From: a virus
Length of the DNA: 64,000 bases
Reading direction: 5' to 3' (one strand)
IMG/VR virus record: IMGVR_UViG_3300043446_004155
Location: 18,625-82,624 of that record
Part shown: piece after piece, positions 16,681-26,405 of the stretch
Layout of the letters: each line of letters opens with the position of its first letter
Position numbering within the stretch: the first letter of the stretch is position 1
The notes under the pieces: generated by a model
The model's input: the letters and a program-made list of their open reading frames with translations, nothing else
Told to the model about the DNA's origin: nothing
Databases searched by the model: none
Made by a program: the position numbers and the translations under genes

Positions 16681-19101
16681 GTGGCCAACAGGCGGATTTC
16701 TGATCTACCAGCAATTACTTCGATCGACATCAATGATGCCGATCTATTTACTGTTGTCCACGTTGCAGAGGTTGATCCTGGTCTAAAGAATAAGCGTTTT
16801 ACGGTAGCAGAACACAAAACTTATCTAAACAATTACTACCTCCAACTCAGTGGTGGAACCATCGTCAATGATTTAGTCATTGGTGATGATCTGAGTGTTT
16901 CCGGAGATTTAACAGTCGCCCAAAACATGGCGATTGTTGGGACCGGTACATTTGGAACCCTTATTATCAGCGGTTTCACAAGCACTGGTGTTATTAGCGG
17001 TGTAACAATTACTGGTACCAATATTCTTGGTGTCAACGTCAACGGCAACAACGGTTACTTTGCGTCTCTCCAGGCACCTGCAGCAGCCCTTGGCGCAGCC
17101 ACAGCCACGACATTAAGCGGCGGAGCGATCACTGGTAACACAATTGCCGCAAGTGGAATTACCGGTCAAACAATCACTGGAAATAACGTTTTTGGTCTAA
17201 GCATCAGCGGCACCACGATCACAGGTGTTACCGGTGTTTTTACTACGTCTTTATCCGGTGCGACAATCACTGGCAATGTAGGAAACTTTGCAAATCTAAC
17301 TGGAGTTTCTGGGACCTTTACAAGCCGCCTGTCTGGTGCTGTTATCACAGGAAACACCGGTACGTTTAGCCGGATTACAGGTGTTTCTGGTGCTTTTACT
17401 TCTAACCTGTCTGGTGCCGTTATTACCGGTGTCACCGGTCAGTTTACGCAACTTAATGGAGTTACCGGCCAATTTACCGTTGTTTCTGGTACGACTGTTA
17501 CAGGTGCAACTGGTCGATTTACTAATATCACTGGCCAGAGTATTTACGGAGTCACCTTGTCGGGTGAAACCATCAATGCTTCAACTGGCAACATTCTTGA
17601 TCTCTTAACCGTTACTGGCGTTTTCCTTGACCGCCTCTCTGGTGCTGTTATTACAGGTCAAACTGGTCTATTCAATTCGTTAACAGTTGGTGGAATCAAC
17701 ATCACCGGAAGTGTCAGCGGTGGAACTGTTACCGGTACCAGTGGTCAATTCATTACCATCACTGCTCAAACCGGTATCTTTACCGATACCATCTCGATTC
17801 CTTCTATTACGACCACGGGCAATTTGTCTGCCAGTGGCGATTTAATTGTTGAAGGCAGCGGTTACATTACTTCCGGCCTTGTTGTTTCCGGAACCATCTC
17901 TGGAAACACCGTAACAGGCGAGACTTTTATCTTTAACACGGCTACTGGCTCTTCACTCAACGCCACTGGCTTAATTTCTGGTGTTTTAATTACTGGAGAT
18001 GTCATCCAGGCAGCATCTCTTACGGGTGTTACTGGTACGTTTACGTCTTTAAGCGGAGCTTCCATTACTGGAAGTACGGTTTCCGCCACCACCGGCACGT
18101 TTGTATCCGGTATTTTCACAAATCTATCGGGAACGACCGTTACTGGTGCAACTGGTTTATTTGGCAGCGTTACAGGCGCAACAGGTACCTTCACAACCAG
18201 GGTCTCTGGTGCAACCGTAACTGGCAATACAGGTCTGTTTGGAAACCTCTCTGGCATTTCCGGTACATTCACCAATCTTTCTGGTAACGCAATTACCGGT
18301 AATACGTTCAGTGGAACCGTAGGTACATTTACAACCCTTAATGCAACCTTTGTTAATTTCACCGCTACGTCAACGGGCAATATTGTTGCCAGCGGTAGTG
18401 GTATTTTTGCCTCTGGACTCTTAACAAGTGGTGATTTATTTGTCAGTGGCTCGGGTTATTTTGCGTCTGGCGTCAATATTACCGGAACCCTATCCGGCAC
18501 CACTGGAATCTTTACTGCCTTAAGTGGGGATTTAATTTCAGGTGTTTCTGGTACGTTTACAACACAACTTTCTGGCGCGTTAATTACTGGCAATACGATT
18601 CAAGCAACATCCATCACTGGTGTTTCTGGTACGTTTACAACACGACTTTCTGGCGCGTTAATTACTGGCAATACGATTCAAGCAACATCCATCACTGGTG
18701 TTTCTGGAGTTTTTACGACTCTTACTGGCACTACAATCCAATCAACAACAATTAACACATCTAGTGGCGTTCGTTGGTTAGATGCTGATGCCAGCAATTG
18801 GGTTGCTTTCCGTGCCCCCACTGTTGTTCCCGCAGATGTTACTTGGATTCTGCCATCTGGCGATGCCACGACATCAGGCTATGCATTAATCAGTGATGCC
18901 TCCGGAAACCTGACATGGGGTGAAGCCGGCGGTGGCGCAAAAGGCGGTGGCACAGACGAAGTGTTTTATGAGAACGATCAGTTTGTTACCGCGAATTACA
19001 CGATTACCACCAACAAAAATGCCATGACAGCAGGCAGGATTAGTATTAATTCTGGAATATTTGTCACAGTGCCCAGTGGCAGTAATTGGGTTGTGGTCTA
19101 A
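16681..19101 (+). CDS. Long tail fibre with Thr/Gly/Ser-rich repeats
   Basis: MANRRISDLP N-terminus; many SGAxITG/GTFT repeats; C-terminal TVPSGSNWVVV. Confidence 0.8.
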   Translation: MANRRISDLPAITSIDINDADLFTVVHVAEVDPGLKNKRFTVAEHKTYLNNYYLQLSGGTIVNDLVIGDDLSVSGDLTVAQNMAIVGTGTFGTLIISGFTSTGVISGVTITGTNILGVNVNGNNGYFASLQAPAAALGAATATTLSGGAITGNTIAASGITGQTITGNNVFGLSISGTTITGVTGVFTTSLSGATITGNVGNFANLTGVSGTFTSRLSGAVITGNTGTFSRITGVSGAFTSNLSGAVITGVTGQFTQLNGVTGQFTVVSGTTVTGATGRFTNITGQSIYGVTLSGETINASTGNILDLLTVTGVFLDRLSGAVITGQTGLFNSLTVGGINITGSVSGGTVTGTSGQFITITAQTGIFTDTISIPSITTTGNLSASGDLIVEGSGYITSGLVVSGTISGNTVTGETFIFNTATGSSLNATGLISGVLITGDVIQAASLTGVTGTFTSLSGASITGSTVSATTGTFVSGIFTNLSGTTVTGATGLFGSVTGATGTFTTRVSGATVTGNTGLFGNLSGISGTFTNLSGNAITGNTFSGTVGTFTTLNATFVNFTATSTGNIVASGSGIFASGLLTSGDLFVSGSGYFASGVNITGTLSGTTGIFTALSGDLISGVSGTFTTQLSGALITGNTIQATSITGVSGTFTTRLSGALITGNTIQATSITGVSGVFTTLTGTTIQSTTINTSSGVRWLDADASNWVAFRAPTVVPADVTWILPSGDATTSGYALISDASGNLTWGEAGGGAKGGGTDEVFYENDQFVTANYTITTNKNAMTAGRISINSGIFVTVPSGSNWVVV
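18541..18707 (+). repeat. 78-bp tandem duplication (about 2.1 copies, 26 codons)
   Basis: 18541-18618 vs 18619-18696 differ at one base (CAA/CGA). Confidence 0.9.
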
Positions 19102-19164
19102 TTTTCTAATCTATTGAGTAGAATTGAATTAAACTAAACAGTAAGGAAACACTGAGAAGAAAAG

Positions 19165-19794
19165 ATGGCTTACGGTAACCTGGCGGTTGACTATATTACT
19201 TATACATTCAATAGCAATGACGCGATTGCAACCGTAAGCAGTGTCGTTAACGGAAGTTTTCCTAATATTACAACTACCGGAACCCTTTCTGGTGCAACGG
19301 TCACAGGAACGAGCGGACAGTTTACGACCGTTAGAGCTGTTACAGGCATCTTTACAACAACCCTTAGCGGCGCAACGGTTACTGGTACAACTGGAAACTT
19401 TACAACCTTAAACGCATCATCGATCCCAGGTTTTGCAGTACTATCAGGCACTCAAACTTTTAGTGGTGGACAGATTGGACGTGTCAGTGTTGTTAGTTTT
19501 GCCACTGGGATTGCCTTGGATCTAGCTACAAGTAATAATTTTCAAATTACGTTGACGGGAAATACGACCCTTCAAAACCCAACTAATGCTGTATCTGGTC
19601 AAGCTGGTATTGTTACAATTATCCAAGGCACTGGGAACAATACAATGGCGTTTGGATCTAACTGGAATTATCCCGGTGGATCAGGCAGTGTTCCAGCCTT
19701 GACAACAACCAGTGGGGCCAGAGATGTTTTGGCATATTACTGCATAAGCTCCACCCAAGTTGCTTATCGTTTAATCCAGGATATTAAAGCTTGA
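19165..19794 (+). CDS. Tail fibre component
   Basis: NNFQITLTGNTTLQNPTN...GQAG...PALTT...DVL motif. Confidence 0.7.
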   Translation: MAYGNLAVDYITYTFNSNDAIATVSSVVNGSFPNITTTGTLSGATVTGTSGQFTTVRAVTGIFTTTLSGATVTGTTGNFTTLNASSIPGFAVLSGTQTFSGGQIGRVSVVSFATGIALDLATSNNFQITLTGNTTLQNPTNAVSGQAGIVTIIQGTGNNTMAFGSNWNYPGGSGSVPALTTTSGARDVLAYYCISSTQVAYRLIQDIKA

Positions 19795-19795
19795 T

Positions 19796-22237
19796 ATGTC
19801 TATCATCAACGGAGGCTCTACTTTAGGTTTTTTTGGTGGATCAACACCTTACGAAATCTCTCGTTCGTTGCGGTTTAATTCAGCAGATTCGGCGTACCTG
19901 AGCCGCACCCCCGCATCCGCCGGCAACCGCAAGACGTGGACCTGGGCGGGGTGGGTGAAGCGGAGTTCGCTGGGAACCGAACAGACGTTGTTTTGTTCAA
20001 CTGATTTAACAGCAAATACAACATATCTAGGGTATAACGCTACTACAAATTGCCTTGATTTCTACCAGAATACAAGCTCGGCTATCGTCGCCAGAAAAAC
20101 TACTACTGCCGTATTTAGAGACTCAGGCGCATGGATGCATGTTTGCGCTATTTGGGACACTACAAACAGCACTGCCACAGATCGCATGCGGCTCTATGTC
20201 AATGGTAGTCGTATTACAGTGTTCAACACAACTACTGATCCAGCGTCTAGTACAGATAGCAGAGTCAATAGTACATTAGAGCACAATATCGGCAGAGCCG
20301 GCGCATCAACTTACCATTTGGATGCTTACCTTGCCGACATCCACTTCATCGACGGCCAAGCGTTAGACCCCACCAGCTTCGGTGAGTTCTCCGCCACCAC
20401 CGGCGTCTGGATGCCGAAGAAGTACACCGGCACCTACGGCACCAACGGTTTCCACCTGGACTTCAGCGATAACTCCGCCGCCACTGCCACCACGCTGGGT
20501 AAAGACAGCTCCGGCAACGGCAACAACTGGACGCCGAATAATCTCAGTGTCACCGCTGGTGCAGGCAACGACAGCCTGGTGGATGTACCCGTCAACGGCA
20601 CGCAGACCGACACCGGCGCCGGCGGTGAGGTGAGGGGGAATTACTGCACTTGGAACCCGCTGGACCTTGTTTCTACAACGCTGGCTAACGGGAATCTTCA
20701 AGCGTCTGGGTCAACTGATGTAGCAGGGGTTTCTGGAACGATTGGAGTCAGCTCTGGTAAATGGTACTGGGAAGTCACTGCAGGTTCTACTTACGATGTT
20801 ATTGGAATCTGGTCGACAACATCACGGGTTACTAGCTACCCAGGCGACACATCAAGTTCTTACGGCTATTTTGGGTCAACTGGTAACAAGATAAACAGCG
20901 GTGCCGGCTCTGCGTACGGCGCAACATTTACAACTAACGATGTTATTGGTGTTGCTTTAGATCTAGATGCTGGCACCCTAACTTTTTACAAGAATGGAGT
21001 CAGTCAAAGCACTGCATTTTCAAGTTTGGCAGGAGGTTTTAGACCGGCGGTTCGTGCTGGAAGCGCATCTGGGGCTAGTACCGCAACCTACTTAAATGCA
21101 GGCGCTCGTCCCTTTGCCTACACAGCCCCCAGCGGCTTCAAGGCGCTCAATACCAGCTCGTTACCGGCCCCAGTAGTCACGAAGCCCTCCACGGTTTTTG
21201 ATACATACTTATGGTCTGGCAATGGTGGCACTCAAACAATATTCACCAGCTTTAGTCCAGATTTCGTCTGGGTCAAGCAACGCGATAACACCAATGTCGC
21301 ATCTCATGTTCTGGTTGACATAGTTCGTGGCAATAACAACGTGCTTCGGACCAACGGAACTGATGCAGAAAATGCAGCCGGTATTGATCCAGCGCTGTAT
21401 GACGGGGTTACAAACTTAAGCACTGCATCTTTCGATGTAGTCAAGGGATCCAGTGGAACGTATAACGGAACCAACGGCTCAGGTAAATCGTACGTGGGCT
21501 GGGCCTGGGACGCCGGCAGCAGCACCGTCACCAACCCCGCTGGCACCATCTCATCGCAGGTGAGGGCGAATACAAGTGCTGGGTTTTCGATTGTTACTTA
21601 TACGGGAAATGGAACAAATGGGGCGACAGTTGGACATGGATTAGGCGTCGCGCCTTCTTTTGTTATTTGGAAGAGAAGAGACACAGCTTCTAATTGGTTG
21701 AGCTACCATGTCTCACTTGGTAACAATCAATACTTTTACTTAAGTAGTACAGCGGCGGCGGCAACAGCATCCGGCATCTTCGGATTTAGCTCGGCAACTG
21801 CGACGCTTCAGAATTACACCGATTACAACGCAAGCAGCGGTACATACGTCGCCTACTGCTTCGCCCCAGTCGCGGGCTACAGCGCCTTCGGTTCCTACAC
21901 CGGCAACGGCAACTCGGATGGGCCGTTTGTTTACACAGGACATAGAAGTCGCTGGATAATGATAAAAGCGTCTTCTGGCACTTCTGCCGGAAGTGCTAAC
22001 TGGATGATCATTGATACTGCCAGAGATGCGTATAACTTGTCTGTCTACAAACTTGCTCCCAATCTCAGCGACGCTGAAAACTCCATAAATATAGGCAACA
22101 CAACTCAAAACACAATGGACATTTTAAGCAATGGCTTCAAATTGAGAAGCACCACTGCCAGCACTAATGAAAGTGGTACGACGTATGTGTGGGCAAGCTT
22201 TGCTGAAAATCCCTTCTCCCTGGCTCGTGCCAGGTAA
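19796..22237 (+). CDS. Tail fibre/receptor-binding protein with LamG/ConA and SPRY-like domains
   Basis: SLRFNSADSAYL, TWTWAGWVKR, GKWYWEV, DVIGVALDLD, FAENPF. Confidence 0.8.
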   Translation: MSIINGGSTLGFFGGSTPYEISRSLRFNSADSAYLSRTPASAGNRKTWTWAGWVKRSSLGTEQTLFCSTDLTANTTYLGYNATTNCLDFYQNTSSAIVARKTTTAVFRDSGAWMHVCAIWDTTNSTATDRMRLYVNGSRITVFNTTTDPASSTDSRVNSTLEHNIGRAGASTYHLDAYLADIHFIDGQALDPTSFGEFSATTGVWMPKKYTGTYGTNGFHLDFSDNSAATATTLGKDSSGNGNNWTPNNLSVTAGAGNDSLVDVPVNGTQTDTGAGGEVRGNYCTWNPLDLVSTTLANGNLQASGSTDVAGVSGTIGVSSGKWYWEVTAGSTYDVIGIWSTTSRVTSYPGDTSSSYGYFGSTGNKINSGAGSAYGATFTTNDVIGVALDLDAGTLTFYKNGVSQSTAFSSLAGGFRPAVRAGSASGASTATYLNAGARPFAYTAPSGFKALNTSSLPAPVVTKPSTVFDTYLWSGNGGTQTIFTSFSPDFVWVKQRDNTNVASHVLVDIVRGNNNVLRTNGTDAENAAGIDPALYDGVTNLSTASFDVVKGSSGTYNGTNGSGKSYVGWAWDAGSSTVTNPAGTISSQVRANTSAGFSIVTYTGNGTNGATVGHGLGVAPSFVIWKRRDTASNWLSYHVSLGNNQYFYLSSTAAAATASGIFGFSSATATLQNYTDYNASSGTYVAYCFAPVAGYSAFGSYTGNGNSDGPFVYTGHRSRWIMIKASSGTSAGSANWMIIDTARDAYNLSVYKLAPNLSDAENSINIGNTTQNTMDILSNGFKLRSTTASTNESGTTYVWASFAENPFSLARAR

Positions 22238-22280
22238 TTAACAGACATTGAGCTAAAATAAAAGAAAACGATTTAAAAAT

Positions 22281-22757
22281 ATGTTTATTCTTGATGGGAA
22301 AACTTTATCTCCAGATGTACCGTTTAGCCATGACGGTGTAAATTACCCAGCGAATTGGCTGCGTTTATCCAGCCTGGAAGAGAAAGAAGCTATTGGTATC
22401 CAGGAAGTACCCGATCCTCCAACCTGGGATCAAAGGTTCTACTGGGGATACGATCAAGATGGCAACTTAATTCCCAAGGATCACGGCCAGCTTGTTGAGC
22501 AGTGGACTCAACAAACTCGGCAGACGGCCAACACATTACTCTTTCCAAGTGATTGGATGGTAGTACGAGAGGTCGATAACGGCATCCAGGTTGATCCAGC
22601 CTGGCGTACATGGCGAGAAAGCATCCGTTTAGCAGCAGGAAGCAAGGTTTACGAAATTGAACAGACCACAACCACCGATCAATTAGCTGCTTATATCACT
22701 GGTCCTGACTACAGCGCATGGCCGGCAGATCCCTCGCAACCTCAGCCAACTGTTTGA
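22281..22757 (+). CDS. Tail fibre assembly chaperone
   Basis: YPANWLRL; LLFPSDWMVVR..WRTWRESIR. Confidence 0.7.
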   Translation: MFILDGKTLSPDVPFSHDGVNYPANWLRLSSLEEKEAIGIQEVPDPPTWDQRFYWGYDQDGNLIPKDHGQLVEQWTQQTRQTANTLLFPSDWMVVREVDNGIQVDPAWRTWRESIRLAAGSKVYEIEQTTTTDQLAAYITGPDYSAWPADPSQPQPTV

Positions 22758-22816
22758 ATAAAATAAAGGATAAAAACTCTTGAATTAAACTAAAACATAG
22801 GAAAGTATAAAAAGAG

Positions 22817-23572
22817 ATGAGCTACGGAACTGTAAAAGTTGATACTATTATTTACACCTCCGGTGGCTTAGATGCGTCTGGAACAATAAGCGGAATTGTT
22901 AATGGTAATTTCCCAAGTGTTCAAACAACTGGTGTAATTAGCGGATCAACCGTTACAGGTGCAACTGGAAATTTTACTGTTATTAATGCTGTTACAGGTG
23001 TTTTTACTTCTACATTAAGCGGTACTACGTTTACCGGCACTACGGGTAACTTTGCATCAATTAACTCTGCAACGGGGTCGTTTAGTTCTGGTTTAACGCT
23101 TCAAAGTGGTAATGCAACTTTAAACTCTCAATCCGAAGCGCGTTTTGCAGATAGTGACAGTAGTAATTGGGTTGCCTTTAAAGCATCTGCAACTATTGCA
23201 AGCAATGTAACTTGGACATTGCCAAGTGGAGATGGCACAAGTGGCCAAGTTCTACAAACAAACGGATCAGGAGTTTTTGGCTGGACAACTCCCCTTGGTG
23301 ACTATATAATTACAGTTACGGCTACAGGAAAAACACTTACAAATCGAGAGCGTTGTACAATAACAGCATCAGGTCAAACATTAACTTTACCTGCGTCACC
23401 CAGTGCAGGCAATGAGGTAACAGTAACCATTGCTGGTACATTTCTTGATACTGTTGTCGCTAGAAACGGATCAAATATTATGTCACTTGCCGAAGACCTC
23501 ACTGTGGACAAGGGAAATATCTCCGTTACCCTCTACTACGTTGATGCCACTCGCGGCTGGAGGATTATCTAA
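22817..23572 (+). CDS. Second short tail fibre protein
   Basis: N-terminus paralogous to 19165; TLTLPASPSAG...LYYVDATRGW. Confidence 0.7.
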   Translation: MSYGTVKVDTIIYTSGGLDASGTISGIVNGNFPSVQTTGVISGSTVTGATGNFTVINAVTGVFTSTLSGTTFTGTTGNFASINSATGSFSSGLTLQSGNATLNSQSEARFADSDSSNWVAFKASATIASNVTWTLPSGDGTSGQVLQTNGSGVFGWTTPLGDYIITVTATGKTLTNRERCTITASGQTLTLPASPSAGNEVTVTIAGTFLDTVVARNGSNIMSLAEDLTVDKGNISVTLYYVDATRGWRII

Positions 23573-23886
23573 TGTCTACGCTTAGTCAATTTGTTGGCGG
23601 AAGTCCAATTAAATCAATTCAAAGAGGAGTAATCAGTACTGGAACCAATGATTCTAGTGCAACAGCTACAATTTCTTCCGTCGATACAACAAAAGCAATT
23701 GTCAACTATTTAGGATCAAGATTGCCCATTAACAACACAAGTGCAGTTGTTGTAAATGATTTTGGCAATACCCTTGCTCATGTTGCCCTTACAAACGCTA
23801 CTACAATAACCATCACAAGAGGCAGAGCACCTGGAGGTGGATGGGGGGCTATTAATATTTCTTACGAAGTCATTGAGTACAACTGA
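23572..23886 (+). CDS. Tail fibre tip protein
   Basis: IKSIQRG...ISSVDTTKA...YEVIEY. Confidence 0.6.
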   Translation: MSTLSQFVGGSPIKSIQRGVISTGTNDSSATATISSVDTTKAIVNYLGSRLPINNTSAVVVNDFGNTLAHVALTNATTITITRGRAPGGGWGAINISYEVIEYN

Positions 23887-23887
23887 A

Positions 23888-24055
23888 ATGGAAATTTTTT
23901 ATTACGCACAAATTGACGGCAATAGCATTTGCTATGCAGTCACCCAAACGGCGGGGGAAATTATCCAAAACGATATGATTCGTATAAATTCATATGACAT
24001 TAATCTCCTTGGTAAAAAATGGGAAAACGGAACTTGGGTTGACCCTGACGTTTAA
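23888..24055 (+). CDS. Small tail fibre chaperone-like protein
   Basis: YYAQID...LLGKKWENGTW. Confidence 0.5.
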   Translation: MEIFYYAQIDGNSICYAVTQTAGEIIQNDMIRINSYDINLLGKKWENGTWVDPDV

Positions 24056-24112
24056 ACGCCACAGCACAAAGATCATGGACCTGACCTAGAGTTAATAAAA
24101 ATAGTTAGGTCA

Positions 24113-25123
24113 ATGACAATAAAATTTACGGATGCAGCCAAATTCTACGAAGAGCTTCCACATCAAAAAGAAGCCTGGGACTGGCTTCAAAATGTAGTAT
24201 CTGCTGAAACCTTGGCGGAATTTGCCAAGCGTTATCGCAAAGAAACAAAAGCGGCAATTGAAAATACCTGGGAAGGTGTACGTGCAGCGGCCAAAAAAGC
24301 CGGAGCTGCATTTCCTGATGTTGTTTGTGCACAATGGGCACTTGAGTCGGGATGGGGGAAACATTTTTCAGGTAAATGGAATGCATTTGGTCTGAAAGGA
24401 TCAGGTAGTGCGGTTAGCACCCAGGAATTTATCAATGGCAAGTGGATCACAATTACAGATAGCTTTATTGATTTCCCTGATTTAGAGACTTGTGTTTTCT
24501 ATTTAGTTGATCGGTGGTACAAAGATTTTGGCCGGTTTAAAGGTGTTAACCGTGCCAAGACTCGCAATGAATGCGCTCAGCTATTGGTCGTTGAAAAATA
24601 TGCAACTGATCCCGATTACAGCACAAAATTAATTCAGATCCTTGACCGACAGCTTGGTACAGCTGGAAACATTGAGAAGAAACCAGAAGCAGAAAAGAAA
24701 GATCGGTTTAATCCCTGGAGCCCATTTACATTTAAAGTAACGCCCAACATTACGTATGGCGAGCTCACACTCAACCAAGAGGCAAGGCGGTTTACCAAAC
24801 AGTACCAATGCGACACAGCACTGGAGATTTGCGAGTTTCTTGAAAAAGTGCGTAGTGCGTTCGGCAATAAACCTTTGATCATTACCAGTGCCGCTCGACC
24901 GGAGCCCATCAATACACAAGTTGGTGGCGCCAAAAATAGCGAACATACCTACAACGCTCCCTCTAAAGGTGCGGTTGATTTTTATATCGAAGGCGCCAAC
25001 ATTTATGTCGTGCAAGATTGGTGCAACAAGAATTGGCCGTACTCATTGGGTTACGGCGCATTAAAAGGTTTTGTGCACATCGGTATTAGGGAAGGACGGC
25101 AACGTATTCGCTGGGACTACTGA
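24113..25123 (+). CDS. Endolysin: GH73 glucosaminidase plus C-terminal M15 peptidase
   Basis: AQWALESGWG, NAFGLK, YATDPDY; ITSAAR..N..VGGA.NSEH..AVD..FVHI. Confidence 0.88.
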   Translation: MTIKFTDAAKFYEELPHQKEAWDWLQNVVSAETLAEFAKRYRKETKAAIENTWEGVRAAAKKAGAAFPDVVCAQWALESGWGKHFSGKWNAFGLKGSGSAVSTQEFINGKWITITDSFIDFPDLETCVFYLVDRWYKDFGRFKGVNRAKTRNECAQLLVVEKYATDPDYSTKLIQILDRQLGTAGNIEKKPEAEKKDRFNPWSPFTFKVTPNITYGELTLNQEARRFTKQYQCDTALEICEFLEKVRSAFGNKPLIITSAARPEPINTQVGGAKNSEHTYNAPSKGAVDFYIEGANIYVVQDWCNKNWPYSLGYGALKGFVHIGIREGRQRIRWDY

Positions 25124-25124
25124 G

Positions 25125-25286
25125 ATGAAAAAATACAGGGAACCGCTCATTAGAGTGAATGTTTGCTGGCAAGTTGGAGACGAAAAAAAGTGCGTAACCC
25201 TGCCGAAAGAGCAGGCCTACGCAACAAGGGATTGGGTTGAAAGAGAAGGGGGCGTTTGCTTTTGGTTTCAAGCTTTGCCTGATTAA
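25125..25286 (+). CDS. Small hypothetical protein
   Basis: ATG one base after the endolysin stop. Confidence 0.5.
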   Translation: MKKYREPLIRVNVCWQVGDEKKCVTLPKEQAYATRDWVEREGGVCFWFQALPD

Positions 25287-25451
25287 TCAACGTTGTTTGG
25301 CGCGACCAATGACCAGAGCTGCGATCTCGATCAACTTATAGAGCTTGCCCACGAGTTTATCGTCGGAAGGAGTGGGGGTTAAAGCGCAAATTGCAGAAGC
25401 AGCGGCATGAATAGCCAGTGCAACTTCCAGATACTGATTAAGGTGTTCCAT
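25287..25451 (-). CDS. 54-aa holin-like membrane protein
   Basis: Manual translation MEHLNQYLEVALAIHAAASAICALTPTPSDDKLVGKLYK...; TPTPxDD motif; next to endolysin. Confidence 0.6.
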   Translation of the reverse strand: MEHLNQYLEVALAIHAAASAICALTPTPSDDKLVGKLYKLIEIAALVIGRAKQR

Positions 25452-25502
25452 GACTGATCTATAGATCTGTTTACATTCTAAAGCTTGGTGTAAAGACTTT
25501 AT

Positions 25503-25640
25503 TTAATCTTCATAAATACGGCAGCTTCTTTCCCAGGGATTGTTGTCACAGTACGTTTTGAATCTCTTTGCGGGACTTGGTGTACCCAGATGAAAGCGCC
25601 TGGAAAGTTTACAGACAATCCAGTTGTAAAAATTAATCAC
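25503..25640 (-). CDS. cp12: 45-aa CP12 C-terminal-domain micro-protein
   Basis: Ends FKTYCDNNPWERSCRIYED; GTGA overlap with upstream stop. Confidence 0.7.
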   Translation of the reverse strand: MINFYNWIVCKLSRRFHLGTPSPAKRFKTYCDNNPWERSCRIYED

Positions 25641-26377
25641 GGTACCGTTGCGAAGGGCACAAGAAAAGCAGGGAATCTGTCATCAACTTGATGTTCACGT
25701 TGCCAGGCTGCTTCCCATTCAGCTAACGAATGATCGTGCGCATCTTGACCATCATAAGTTTCTGTGTGGTCATTCAGAATAAAGTCATTGTTTTCTAACA
25801 GAATGTAGGCAAAATCTTCCAGCAATAAATTGAAATCTCCCGAGAGAAACTCAAGGACTACGGCAACTTCATAATCGAGCGGTTCATTACGTGTTGTAGA
25901 TATGCACAACAGATAACTCCCAGGAGGCAACGGGTAGTAACGCTCGTCTCCTTTGTCTAATCTGTTGGGATCAAAGGTGTTGTATAGGTCTGACTGGGCA
26001 TCCATCACGTGTCCAACGTATGGGTTGTACACTTTCCCGTCAATTGTTGTCGTGATGCTGTCATCCTGAAAGATTCCGCGTCCCTGGATGGGATTGAGAT
26101 TCAGGTCATACACAGACGTATTGATGTACTTAGGCCTTGGACCGCCTTTAACCACAATGATCCAGGCCTGTGCCGTGATCGTAAAACTAAACCAGTGGTT
26201 ATAGGTTCCACCTCCATAACCACCATTGGAATTTAAACTTGTATCACGACGACCAACAACCTGGTTCTTGGGCCCCAGGCTTCCTTTTAAGTTACGAATG
26301 GATAGTTGACTGAATTGACCCATGTTTAATGGGTTGTCTTGAGTTCGTTGCCGTTGAATATCTTGATTACGGGCCAT
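25637..26377 (-). CDS. Hypothetical beta-sandwich protein
   Basis: 246-aa ORF. Confidence 0.6.
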   Translation of the reverse strand: MARNQDIQRQRTQDNPLNMGQFSQLSIRNLKGSLGPKNQVVGRRDTSLNSNGGYGGGTYNHWFSFTITAQAWIIVVKGGPRPKYINTSVYDLNLNPIQGRGIFQDDSITTTIDGKVYNPYVGHVMDAQSDLYNTFDPNRLDKGDERYYPLPPGSYLLCISTTRNEPLDYEVAVVLEFLSGDFNLLLEDFAYILLENNDFILNDHTETYDGQDAHDHSLAEWEAAWQREHQVDDRFPAFLVPFATVP

Positions 26378-26405
26378 TTATTACAGTTGAACCAATCAAA
26401 CTATT

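Noticed and set aside
19796-22237. Diversity-generating retroelement acting on the tail fibre
   Set aside because: No reverse transcriptase and no TR/VR pair with adenine-specific mismatches in the window
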